DNA from: Eledone cirrhosa | Taxonomy: Eukaryota | Assembly (NCBI GenBank): GCA_964016885.1 | Contig: OZ024743.1 | Location: forward strand, 191,952,001-192,016,000 | Reading direction: 5' to 3' | DNA: 64,000 bases | In this document: positions 25,008 to 38,230 of the stretch, piece by piece | How positions within the stretch are numbered: position 1 is the stretch's first letter | How the letters are laid out: every line of letters starts with the position of its first letter | Translations under genes and position numbers: made by a program | Notes under the pieces: generated by a model | The model's input: the letters and a program-made list of their open reading frames with translations, nothing else | Database searches by the model: none | What the model was told of the DNA's origin: nothing

Positions 25008-25217
25008 TGCGTCCAGAATTAGCAGTCGAAACGGCTTGAGCTCTGCCGTCGGGGTCAGTCTTGTTCCTATTACCCACTCTACTACCCTAAGTATTGAGTA
25101 CTTTGGTGCATTATCTGCCGTCGGGGTCATACTTGTTCCTATTACCCACTCTACTACCCTAAGTATTGAGTACTTTGGTGCATTATGGTCTGTCTGGTTC
25201 CTTACCACATTTCCTTT

Positions 25218-25220
<3 letters not shown>
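25008..25220 (+). mobile_element. Probable Penelope-like fragment with the 3' half of a hammerhead and a 72-bp tandem duplication
   Basis: GAAA-cggc-ttgagctct-gccg-TC-gggg. Duplication 25043-25114 / 25115-25186, (TA)n on both sides. A second copy is inverted at about 9985-10050. Confidence 0.6.
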
Positions 25221-25254
<34 letters not shown>

Positions 25255-25286
25255 ATTATATAGTCATACACAGAAACATACACATC

Positions 25287-28200
25287 TCATCATCATCTTC
25301 GTTTAACGTCCATTTTCCACGCTAGCATGGGTTAGACGGGAGTTGTCCCACTTGAGGCAAGGCTGGTCGGGTGACCGTGTCTCACTCATATAGGACTATC
25401 TGGCAGGTTTTCTACAGCTGGATGCCCTTCCTAACACCAACCACATTTACAGTGTGAAACTGGGAACTTTTTACCATGTTACCTACACGGCCACATTACA
25501 GCGTGGACTGTGTGTTTTTTGTCGTGACACCTACACAAACTCGATCTCATTTTCTCGTGCTGTTGGTGGGAGTGGGAGGGTAGGGTAGGGGTAGTAGATT
25601 GGGGTGTATATTTGGTTAAGAGGTGCCTACTGACTAGGTTTCGCTTTGTACATAGGCAAGACAGGTCTTCTGTATTACTGCGTAGTGCCAAAGATCTTGG
25701 TCCAGAGACATTGTCTTAGAGAGATGTAAGTGTGTGAGGTTGGAAATTTATCAGATCATCCCAAGTTTTTCTGGGTCTACCTACTCCGTAATTACCATCA
25801 ATTTTGATCGCCCTGCACTTTTTTATGCAGCTGTCGTCTTTCATGCCATACCAACGTAGTCTTCTCTCAAGTAAACAGCATCTGATCCCTCTTATTCCTG
25901 ATTTCTCACTTAGTTCATTTATGCTTTGCCGTTCACGTATATTACTATTACACATCCAACGGAGCATGCATGCTTCGTTCCTTTCCACTCTACGCAAGTC
26001 CTCTACATGTAATGCCCATGTCTCACTGCCATGTAGCATTGCTGTTCGTATACAGGCATCATACAATCTGCCTTTCATTTTTAGAGAGAAACCTTTTGTG
26101 GCCAACAGCGGTTTAAGCTCTCTGAACTTTTTCCATCCCGTTCTGACTCTGGCTACTGTACTTTCAGAACACCCTCCGCCACTGCTGATTTCGTCACCCA
26201 GGTAATGGAAAGTGTCTACTATTTCTATAAAACCATCTGGGCAATGGAAGGAGCTAATATTCTTTGGACACTTGCTACTTATTGCACCTGAGCATCGGCC
26301 ACATATAAAGTCTACATTCTTAGATAGTTTACCTGTGATCCCACTACATCTTTTATGTACCCATACTTTGCATTTGGGACATAAAATGGAATTTCTGCCT
26401 ACTCCTTTCCTACACACTGAGCATGGCCATTTCCCTGAGGGCACCTGTGCCCTATTTTCCTTTCTACAAACTAGAACTTTAGTCTTAGTCAAGTTAACTT
26501 TAAGGCCTTTTGATTCTAGGCCATGCTTCCATGTTTCGAATTTCTTCTCTAGTTCAGCCATTGATTCAGCTACAAGCGTGGGATCATCTGCGTATAGGAG
26601 TTCCCATGGGCAGCCGGTCTTGAACTCCTCTGTTATAGCCTGAAGGGCAATAATAAAAAAGAGGGGGCTAAGGACAGAGCTTTGATGAACGCCAACTTTT
26701 ACACTAAATTCTTCACAATATTCATTGTTAATTCTAACCTTACTGACTGTTTCATTATACATAGCTGGTATAGCTCTCATAAGCCATTCATCTACATCTA
26801 GTTTTCTAAGAGCCCACCAGATAATGGAGTGGGGGACTCTGTCAAAAACTTTCTCCAGGTCTACAAAAGCTAAGTAGAGGGGTTTACTTTTAGCTAGGTA
26901 CCTCTCTTGTAGTTGTCGTACAAGGAAAAGAGTGTCTGTGGTACTTTTACCTGACACAAACCCAAACTGCATTTCATCTAGATCAATTCGCTCTCTGATT
27001 AGTTGTGCTATAACTCTTTCTGTGACCTTCATGACCTGGTCAACTAACTTAATGCCTCTATAGTTTCCATCTATCTAGAGCATTCCCTTTACCCTTGTAG
27101 CAGTTAATGATGATGCTTCTACCCCAGTCTTTCGGTATGACCCCATTCTGTATTACTTGGTTAACTATACGGGTGACCATAGTGTGTCCCACCATGCCAG
27201 ATGCCTTCAACATCTCAGCAACTATCTCCGAAGGCCCAGCTGCCTTGCCTGTCTTCATATCTTTGATTGCCTTACTTATTATACTACCTTTAACTTGCAC
27301 CACTGGTCCTTCTATTGGATAGATTTGGGGCAGATTATCTTTTTCCCATTTATTCTCCTCATTTAATACTCTCTCGTAGTGACACTTCCAGGCTATCTTC
27401 TTATCAGTATCAGTGAGCTCAAGTACACCATTATCATTACGGACACACTTCTCCCCGACAATATCATGGTTTTCCTTCACACATTGTCTAGCAATCCTGA
27501 ACACCTCACGTTTTTGGTCCTCACATAGCAGAACATGCTTGAACTTTCTATCCTCTGCTACCCTTTTTGCAAGGTACACTTGTCTCCTAGCTTCTCTCCT
27601 GGCCACTTGATAGTGCTCTCTACTTCCCCCATCCTGCCATACTTTCCAAGCCTGCTTTTTGGCCTTGATTGTCTCTTCCACCTTATTGTTCCACCACCAA
27701 GTTACTCTCCTCCTGCCAATAGGTCTGCTCCAGCCACAGATTTCATCCGTTGCTTTCAGCAGGTTCACTTTCAAGAATTGCCACTGTTCCTCTATATTGC
27801 ACATCTCTAATTGCTCTTCCTTATTGTCAAAGGCATCAAATAATAAGCTTTTAAATTTGTCACTGGCTATGGGGTCCTTCAACTTACAAATTCTTCTCCT
27901 CAAGGTAGGCCTCCTACCTTGAGGAGAAGAATTACGAGTACGTCTATTCCTGACTATGAAGTCACTAACTACTAGGCTATGTTGGGAGGTGCATTCTTTA
28001 CGGGGGAGGGATTTAGTGTTTACAACAGACATTTTGTCCCGTCTTCTAGTAAGGATATAATCTATCTGGCTGGCATGTTCCCCTGATCTATAGGTGATCA
28101 AGTGGTTTTCACGTTTTTTGAAGTTTGTGTTACAGATAGTTAGGCTATTTGCGTCACAGAATCCCAGGATTCTGAAGCCCTCCTCATTTCTATTTCCAAC

Positions 28201-29270
28201 CCCATAGCCTCCATGGATTCCATCATAGCCATCACTATGTTGTTTAACGTGACCGTTTAGATCGCCAGCAATAATTAAGTAGTCACTGTCGGTTATTTGG
28301 GAGGTAGTGTGCATTAGCATCTCATAGAACCTGTCCTTTATAACATCAGGTAGACCAGATTGGGGTGCATAAGCAGATATTATTGTCACAGTAGTTCTAT
28401 TTAGAACTAGTCTTAATTCAATTATTCTGTCATTCACTCTATTTACGTCAATTACCTTATCTACCCATTTTTCAGCTAACATAATTCCTACACCACCCTG
28501 TCCGTTGTCATTTCCTACCCAGAAAAGTTTATAGCATCGTTTTTTACCTACGATGAATCTGGCAGACCCCCCCCCCTCTCCACCTAGTCTCTTGAATACA
28601 ACAAACATCAACTTCTTTACGTTCAAGCATCTCTACAACCTTATTTGAGCGACCTTTCAATGTGCCTACGTTCATGGTACCAACTCTGAAGTTGGGAGGG
28701 TGCGATGGATGGGTTGGAGAGGCAGGGAGGTGTGTGGGAGATGGGATTTTGTTGGTCATCTGTGTCTGAAATAAAGAGGGGTCCTTGTATTCTCGTCTTG
28801 CAGCAGGAGGTGAATTTATCTTTATCTGTGACATTGTCATTGAGTGCTTAGACTTTTCAAATTTCCGCAGTCAACCCATCAAACAGGTCTAAACTTAAGG
28901 AGTAGTAACCGGGGTGGTAGTTTTGCTATACTGATTTGTTAGAGAACTTACTAAAGTCGCTGAGTTCTGATTGGACCATATAGCAATGGTGGTGTGTAGG
29001 GTGGGAGGGCGAGAAATGGGTGACTTTAGGAGAAGTTTATTTTTTAGGAAAGATAACATAATAATTTAAAATGAGAGAGGAAAAACGGAGAATTTGAATT
29101 TTAAAGTGGTAAATAAGATTATAAAAACACTGCTTAATTGAGGAGACTGCGGAAACAAAGAAAAGACAGTTCGCCCTTAAGATAGATTAGATAGATAAAT
29201 TCTGTCGTCGGAAGCCAGCAAAATTTATTTTATACTTGCGATCAGCTGGAGGGGGGGTGAGAGAGGGAGC
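25287..29270 (-). mobile_element. Near-full-length RTE-clade LINE (APE endonuclease + RT with inserted PHD finger), frameshifted
   Basis: ORFs 28544..28840 (RVGTMNVGTL, CIQETRW), 27058..28626 (SAYAPQ, GDLNGHV, IDYIL) and 25716..27032 (QFGF, FVDLEK.FD, GVHQ.SVLSP, YADD, YLG). Frameshifts at the C-run near 28570 and near 27060; (GAT)n tail at 25287. Confidence 0.95.
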
Positions 29271-30517
29271 AAAATATATATCTGTGTCTACATGAACTTC
29301 AAATTTGTATAAGCAGAGTTACATGTAACATCTTGCAGTGTGCATAAATACATCAACAGAAGTTAATGAAATTTCAAAAATATGCAAATATATATGTGAA
29401 TAAACATTAACTTGCAATATATCAACATCATGAATATATTAGCATATGCCTTTGCATAGGCATAAATTTACATGAATAATGTTGGCAAAATGATAATTAT
29501 ATGCAGAACTGACAATTTCCACAATATACAATAGAATGGATCATATAGAATATATTTAGAAAATGTACTTACACTAAAATCTAAATTGAAATTCTTTCAG
29601 TAATTTACAGCATTCATAAATATGTCAAGTTGAAGGATCAGAATTAAAGACCATAAAAATATGCATTTACCAAAAAGAGTGAATGCATTTTTTCTTTGTG
29701 CCATATATGATATACATGTGGTGCAAAAAGCAATTAAAAATTAGGGAAATTTTCACTAAGAGAGTAGCTTTCTTAATTTATTCAATCTCATGCAGCAAGT
29801 CAACACATATTCTGGGAGACAGAAACTACTCCTTCTACAGGTTGAACTGCATTTGATGCTGTTGCAATTGCATTGGTAATCTGCATAATAGAAAACTGTG
29901 ATCATCATCAACTCAGAGAGTCAGAGCTGACTCAACTTTCTGGTTGACATTATGTGCCAATGTTTTACAGAGAACCTCATGGATGAGGGCACAACTGGAC
30001 ATGATGGATGAAAGATAGGCTGACAGATGTTGAGCAAAGAGCAAGGCTACCAAACTCCATGGGGAGTTTCATCTGTTGCCAGATTATGTTTGAAACTGAG
30101 TTTGTAAATAAGTTTATCAGAGTGATAGATGGTGCCTTAATTATAATGTAAAACAATAGAAATGCATGTAATGTATGCCTTGTCTTATAATTATTTGTAG
30201 CAGTTAGGGCAGGAGATTGGCAGTATCAGTTGAGCATTGGACAACAAGATTTTCAGCATATAGTTGTGCACCTTTACGTTTTGAGTTCAAATACTGCCGG
30301 GTTTGATAAAAAAAGGACCAGTAATGCACTGGGGTATATTTAATGCATTTCCCACTCCTTCAAAATTGTTAATCTTGTGCCTAAATCAGAAACGATTATT
30401 TAAAAATCAGAAACCATTATTATTTGTAGTAGTAATTGTACAGTCATGTTGCTGAAGACTAACTATGTCATTGAATTCATTTGCAACGATATTGTTTTCT
30501 TTGTTAATACAATGGGA

Positions 30518-30860
30518 ATCATCATCATCATTTTACATCCGCTTTTCCTTGCTTGCAAGGGTGGGACGGGAATTGATTCTGGCTTGATTTCTACAGCTGG
30601 ATGCCCTTCCTAACACCAACCTCATTTACAGTGAGTGCTGGGTGCTTTTTTGCTGTGGCACCTCCACGACCACTTTGCAGTGGAATGATAGGGACCACTT
30701 TGCAGTCCCTATCATCTCATTTCTACAGCTGAGTAAACTGGAGCAATGTGAAATAAAGTATCTTGCTCAAGGAAACAACACATCACCCAGTTTGAGAATT
30801 GAACTCACAACCTTTCGATTGCAAGGCCAATGCCCTAACCACTAAGCCATGTGCCTCCAT
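30518..30860 (-). mobile_element. SINE family A
   Basis: Reverse complement of 17507-17855 with few differences. Confidence 0.9.
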
Positions 30861-31850
30861 CTTAATCTTGTCCATGTGTCTCCATCTATGCTAAAACAAT
30901 GAATAGCTGAGCTATGAAAATGTTTTTTCATAAATACATATCATAAATATTAAATAGGAAAAAAGAATATGTTCACAATTACAGAAGAGAACATTTTTCA
31001 AAGTAAAGAGAGAATAAACAGAAGAGTCATTATAAACAAATAATTTAGAAAATTAATCTAAAATTATTTAAATAAGAAGATTTCTAACACTAGAAGTATT
31101 ATGCAAAGAAAGCAAAAACAAATTTGCAATGAATTAATAAATTACAGATTTAATCATTGGCACATTGCTGGTTTCTAAAACATAAAAATAATGAAATTAT
31201 ATTTAATAGCAATATATTTTAGGTTTTCTGAGCAGCAGGCAATTATCTCATTTTGCATCTACACTCACTAAACCACCTGCAATGACCACAAACTCTCCAT
31301 TATTTATAACTTCATTTCCATTTCCATTGTCTCTATCTTATTTTTCTTTCAGAGTAATGATTTTTATGTCAATTTTTTCCATGCTTTCATGGGTGGGATG
31401 AAGGTTGGGGACTGATCCTGGTTCCATGAAACATTAAGCAACTGACAGTACATGACTGCTTCTGGGTCAGATGCTAAGCCATTGCAGGCCTAACCCTCAG
31501 CTGCTGTTAGTAATCATTTTCAACTGAGTGAAATGCAACAGTATGAAATGAAATACTTTGCTGGAGTACATAAAGCACCTCTCAGTCTAGGAATTGGACC
31601 CAAGATCTTATGGTTGTGAGAAGCCAATTCTCCAGTTGTTAGGCTGTGTCTTCACTATTTTTAAACAACTGAAAAATGAAACAAAAGGGGAAAAAGGAGT
31701 TTGTATTATAGACAAAAAATGTAAATACATCTGAAAGAAATTGAAAAATCAAGCATTTTGTACAAATCTCAAATAGATTGGCATCTATTTTTTAAAGCAC
31801 ATTTCCTAAATTATGTTGAAAACTAATGAAATGGTTTATATTTTACTTAC

Positions 31851-32016
31851 CTCCATGTCATGGAAAGGCTTAGATCTGATCATCAAACTACCTAAGCAAA
31901 TGGACTCTTGGAGATGCACAGGGATTCTCATTTCTTGCAGCTTATCATAAGCAAAACAGGCCAATTTATAAGCCTGGAGTTGGCGACTCTGTTTTGCAAG
32001 CACATACAGTGTATAT
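31851..32016 (-). CDS. IFT122: IFT122 internal exon: [55 protein letters not shown]
   Basis: Within ORF 31836..32024. 166 nt (1 nt + 55 codons), acceptor gtgcag preceded by a U12 branch site, donor GTAAGT. LAKQS..L.AY.LA..AYDKL and IR.KPFHD are characteristic of IFT122. Confidence 0.95.
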
Positions 32017-32309
32017 CTGCACATGGAATTAAGGATTCAAATAATATGATGTGGTAAAGTGTATGAAACTAAGGTAAGATTAATTTCAGATAACATCTTA
32101 TTGAATAAAACCATTAAATAAGAAATAGACAAAATATAGTATAATTAGATAATAATTTTATTGTATTAAAGGAAATCATTATAATTTAGGATGACACATA
32201 ACAGAATCAGTGGAGCAATAAATACATGGTTGTTCAGTTCTTTAAGGCCATTAGCATGAGTTTAGTAAAAGTTATAAAAAAGAATTTTTTATTTGATAAA
32301 GATTTGGCA

Positions 32310-32500
32310 TAAATTATCTTGAGACTCTTCATGACACATCAACTCAATGAATCTGCTGTCAGCATCATTAGGAAACGTTGACGTATCCAAATCAGATGAT
32401 TTTTATCTATTTTGGACATTGTTCTAGTTATGGCAGATGTCAGAGATTTTATACTGTTATGACAAGATGGATTGACTTCCATCTCAATGACAGTCCATAT
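32310..32500 (-). mobile_element. Short fragment of the same mariner-like family as 3427-4567
   Basis: ORF-track peptides PNQMIF.YFGHC.SYGRCQRFY are shared between 4267..4467(-) and 32378..32563(+). Confidence 0.7.
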
Positions 32501-32809
32501 GGAGTGGGAACCTCAGAATGTATGGGAGAGTCTCATTTTAAACCTCTGCATGGCTTGTGCTGAAATATTTAGTTATGTTTCTTTTTGTTGTGAATTCAAA
32601 TGTTGCTGAGGTAAATTTTGCTTTTCATCCTTCTGGGGTTGATAAAATAAAGAATTAGTTAAATATTTGTATTGATCCAATTCACTTTTTTCTTTAATGC
32701 ATACAAATCATGGTGAGTGAGCAGTAATGCGGGGTATTCTGACTTGATTTGACTAGTGGGTCTCGACCCATGTGTTTGTGGGTAACCCTAAATATATTAT
32801 ATTATTTTT

Positions 32810-32989
32810 TGGCAGTATCGGTAGAGGGTCAGATGCTATGCTTTGACACATAGAGCTATGGCCCTTGCCATTCTGAGTTCAAATCCCACCGAGGTTAACT
32901 TTGCCTTTCATCCTTACGGGGTCGATAAAATAAAGTACCAGTAATGCACTGGGTAATTGCTGGCCTTGTGCCAAAAAGTAGAAACAATT
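32810..32989 (+). mobile_element. SINE family B
   Basis: Same B box and core as the other copies. Confidence 0.85.
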
Positions 32990-33311
32990 ATTATTATTTT
33001 GTTTTATAATTTTATACTTATTTCTTATTTTCATCAAATTTATACAGATCCACATGAGTAAGACATGGTCTTCTGGCCTGACTTGCTGCATAATGCAACA
33101 ACATGTCTAACCCATGCAAGCATGGTAATTGTATGTTAAATGATGATGATGATTATTATTATCTGCTTATTGTATAAGGTCCTTGCTACTACCCTAATTT
33201 TGTATAATTTTGTACAGCTCCACATGTTTTATAACTCCTTTGTTTATGATGATTACTATGTGTGAGCTTATATGGCTAATAAAGAAATCATTGTGATTAT
33301 TATTATTATTG

Positions 33312-33803
33312 GAGGCTCAGTCATTGATGTTATTTAACTGGAAAGTTTGTTGAAATGAATATCAAGCCGCTAACTGAAGCCTCAGATATTCAGGATGTAT
33401 CGGAGGGTTCTTGTTTTTCCCAACAAGCATGCCTTTTGAAGTGTTCCAAAAAATGGGGCTGGACTAATGTTTTTTAACCATCCTTGAAAATTCTTTGAGA
33501 TAGTACCTAGTGGTAATATGACAATCGGGACAACCTTGATCTCATGGCAGTCCCAAATCCTTTTTAATTCCTACTTTAAATCCTGGTATCGGTTAATTTT
33601 CTCCTTTTCCTTTTCTTGCACTCTCGTCTCAAATGGGCAGGCTACATCTACAATCAGGCACAATCTTTTTTCTTTGTCAAAAACCACCAGGTCAGGCATA
33701 TTGTGTTCTAATTTCTTGTCTGTCTGTATCCTAAAATCCCATAGCACCTTCACTTGATCGGTTTCTATCACCGACTCTGGTTTATGCTCATACCACCTCC
33801 CAG
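33312..33803 (-). mobile_element. R4/Dong-like non-LTR retrotransposon 3' fragment (restriction-like endonuclease)
   Basis: ORF 33571..33771 KVLWDFRIQTDKKLEHNMPDLVVFDK...IVDVACPFE...EKINRYQDLK (PD..D motif), flanked by ATT/TAA repeats. Confidence 0.8.
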
Positions 33804-35339
33804 AATTATTATTGTTATTATTAATTTTATTATCATGGTATAAACAAACATGTTAAACAGCTCTGAGAAAATTAGATTATTATCAAATTTTACTGGATTA
33901 AATTTTGCAAACAGGGGATTTCAAACACTAGGATGTCTATCTCAAAACCTAGTGTACAGAAAAAGATTTGTTTTAGAAATACATTATTTTTGAAAAATAT
34001 TCTTCAATTTAAAATCTTTGCAATATAGATTCTTCTGCTAGAGATACAAACAAGAAATGGCATAGCACTGGATATGCCTCCCAACAAATAAATACATAAA
34101 AATAAAGTTTTTAAAAGATGAAACAAACAGATACACTCATAAGCACAATTAGTCACAATTTGATACCTGAAAATGTGTGTCTGACATAAATAAAAGTTCT
34201 AACAACAACAATACAAATTTGTGCAATACTAAGAAAAGTATTAACTTCTAGCAGTATAACACAAAGGGAGGTTTTAGACATTGTGCAAATAATATATCAC
34301 AAAAGCCTTTGTCTCATTACCTGAGGAATTTGTTCAAGACTAAGCATAGAGAAAGATGGCATTTCTCTGCTGCATGAAGTTTTGAAGATGGCTTTCATAG
34401 GTCTTCAAAGGAACAGTTAAAAGAAATCCTAGATGATGTCTGGCATGACACATGCCCCATTGATAGGAGTAGAGAACATGGAAGTGTCTGCTTAGTCTTG
34501 AAAACTGAAAATGAAACAAGCAAGAGGCCAAACTAGCATGTCATATCTCTTTCTAAGAAGCTCTATCTCATACACACCCCAGCATTTAAACTGCTCATGG
34601 CCTCTTTCTGAAGGTGGTCAGGGTCATGGATGACCCTGATCAAACCAAAATAGTGTTTTATTATCCATGTATTGGTAGGTTGACTATATTTATTTCATGT
34701 GTTATTTATATATGTACACATATTACTTATTTGCATAAATAAAAATATAAAATGTCTCAATATACTGTGTTATACCCTTGTTCCAGGTACAGCTGTAAGT
34801 CTTTGAAACCCTCTGTCTATCATGTTGTGGTACATATGGATAGAACAGGTGGAAAATAAGAAATTCTTGTGAATGCCACCACTACTAATATTACTACTAC
34901 CACTACTGCAAGTAGTATAGTAGCAGCTGCAGCAGTAGCAGTAGAAGTAGTTTGTTTTTGCTGTAGCCTTTCCACTGAAATTAAATCTTAATGCCAATTA
35001 AATGACATTAAAAATACCTAAAATGGTTAATGATGACAGTGATGATGATGATGATGGGCATAAGGATGCGTGGAAATGCATGGTGGTAGTGGTGAAGATG
35101 AGATGATGATGATGATGTAGAAGAATAAATGATTTTTCAGAATAGACAAGATAAAGTACAGAGAATGAGAGAGAAAGAGCAAAAATAGACAGAAAGAGAA
35201 AGAATTGGAGAACAATGTAGAGAGAAAGAAAGAGATTAGAAAAAACAATTTCTGATATGAAATTTCAGAGGCCATAGTATACAGAGAAAGAGATCAGATC
35301 AGTAGTGGGAGGGGGAGGGGGGCAGCTCACTCTATACCT

Positions 35340-35545
35340 CAGCTGCTCCCCATGGACAAAATGGTGAAGATAATGCCATGGAGAACAGCCAGCAACACCC
35401 ACTGCATTAGCCACTCCACCTCAATGAGCTCCTTACAGCTGTGGGATGCACTCCTCTCAATTTTGCAAAGGAAAACTGCAGTTTGGGGACCAAAGGCACC
35501 AGAGGTCTCGACAACAAGAAGGAAGTAGCAATTAGTCAACATGAA
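35340..35545 (-). mobile_element. CRE-like non-LTR retrotransposon 3' relic
   Basis: ORF 35339..35638 contains YFLLVVETSGAFGPQTAVFL...WLMQWVLLAVLHG. Confidence 0.55.
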
Positions 35546-36674
35546 TCCTTGAAGCATCAAGAAAGTGATAAATTGTCCAAAAAAGTGAAAGTGAAAGCGG
35601 CATTTTGGGGGAGATGAGGATGGACAGAGAAAAATCAATTTGACAGTAACACATGATACTGCATTAGCAAGTACAAACTAACATTATGCCTGCATCGGAT
35701 TCAAAGTTAGAATCTTTAATCTAGTTTATTGCAAATGTTCACAATGATCAATAATCTGTCCACAAGTAAAGATACTATAAACATTTGCATTAACAAAACC
35801 ATTTTTAGATATTTGCATTAACAAAAACATTTTTAGATATTTTCTGCTAAAACATTACAGGATATTAAGAGTTATAAGAATATTCTGGCGAACTTACATC
35901 CCTATTGAATATTTTTGCAAATTCAAACTCACAAAAATCCTAAATATGTATATATGAGTGTGTGTATATTTATTTCTGATCACTATTTATAACTATAATC
36001 AATGTACATATATACCTGAACAAACTATGTGAATTACAAATCCCAATGCTGAAAAAAAAATTCAAATTGACAGGTCTTGAACAAATGTTATATTTGATTC
36101 AGTAAATTTATTATATATATATTTATTATATATATATTTATATTTATTATGTATACTAGCAGAAAACCACCCTTCAGGAGGTTTTCTGCTAGTATGTGTG
36201 GTGTGTATATTGATATTATACACAGGTATATATGCATGTAATATACATCAAATAAAATCGTAATTGACAATATACACAGAAATTGAATGAAGACTGTGTT
36301 ACACTCTCTTATGTAATCAGTAACGTAATCCATGATACATTAAAAAAAGACGATATTATATATAAACTGCATTAGGAGAAAATTAGTGACGGAAATATAT
36401 GAATGTTTATTTAAGCGATCGCTAACAGGAAGTGTTGACATTTGAACATTTTAAAGAAGTGAATCTTTAAATAATAAAATGTATTTAATGAACAGCCACG
36501 ATATTTTGTAGATAAATTATGTAATATTCATTCATTATTTATTCAAAGTAATCCAACTTATTTTACTAATGGGATAAAAAATATATTCTGGATGCAGTCC
36601 CGCACTCCTTATTTTATTATAGTTTAGATATTTATATTTATTTTATATATATATATTTATTATATATGTATTTA

Positions 36675-36713
<39 letters not shown>

Positions 36714-37065
36714 CATATTTTATTTATACATACATAAACATACATACAGGCATGATAAATAGACATTATACATACGCAAAAATTATTTGTGAGCTAATGT
36801 CTTTATATGGTTCGAAATTTGCAGAATATATTTGCTTTATGTACTGTGATATTTATTCATGTTTCATATAATTCTGCAATGTATGTATACATATGCATGC
36901 ATATGTGTATGCATGTCAATATATATATGTATGACTGTCGTTTCTTTTTTAGGCTGTATATATATATATATATATATAAACATTTCTTATTGGCAACATG
37001 ACCCTCCCAAAGTATAACAATATATATAAACATATATATATATATATACTATAATGCAACCATAC

Positions 37066-37108
<43 letters not shown>

Positions 37109-37844
37109 CCAAAAAGGAAAAAGTCATACATATATATCTATATAAAATTATATAAACATGAATGTGTATATATATATATACCTCCCAAAAAAAGAAAGAA
37201 AAGTTGTACATACATATCTATATAAAATTATATAAACATAAATGTGTGTGTATATATATATATATACCCCAAAAGAAGAAATGAAAGTTATACATACATA
37301 TCTATATAAAATTATGTAATATGAATGAAAAATAACAGCATAAATCAATGCACACACATAAAGATAGAGAGAGATGCTTGTATTAATACACCCATTCATA
37401 TGCACACACCCACACACATCCACACACACACTCACATGTGGATATACATGTGAGTGTGTGATATAGAAATTGATACAAAGGGAAGGGGCAGAATAAACCA
37501 TTGAAGGTTTGTTCACTAAGAAACAGCAAAAATGTAAGATTTAGATGTAACATACAACAAACAACAACACTGCCATTCTTACTGTCACTCCTACTACCAT
37601 ACCTTACAAAGGAAAGAAAAAGTTATAGTCCACTTAAATCATGAGGAGAAAACGAAATACTTTACACATAACACATTGACAGCTCAGTTTGATAGCAGCC
37701 AAATAAAAGAATCCATATTTTCTTTTCTTCCTTTTTGGTATTACAAGCAAACCCTAATCAATTTCTCCATTTATAATTTGATGGTGAAAAATATCTCAAC
37801 CAATCCTTTAACAGGAATCAGCACTACAAACCAAAGCCAAGGAA

Positions 37845-38230
37845 ACACAGACACACACACATACACACATTTGACACAACACAACACACAAACACACATT
37901 TGACACAACACAACACACAAACACACATTTAACACAATACAGCACATACACAGACACAACACTTAAACACACATTTAACAACACAACACATACACACATT
38001 TAACACAACACACACAAACACACATTTGACACAACACACATTTGACACAACACACACACACACAATTAACACAACACCACACATACACTCATAAACACAC
38101 ATTTGACACAGCACAACACACACACAATTAACACAACACCACACATACATGTACACAAACACACACATTTAACACAGCACACACTGAACACACCACACGA
38201 GTACACATTTAACTCAACACAACACACAAA
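37845..38230. repeat. CA-rich degenerate minisatellite (acacacattt(g/a)acacaacac units)
   Basis: Seen directly. Confidence 0.9.

Noticed and set aside
25804-27922. Plus-strand ORFs overlapping the LINE, also repeated at 51871-54083
   Set aside because: They are antisense shadows of the RT/EN frame.
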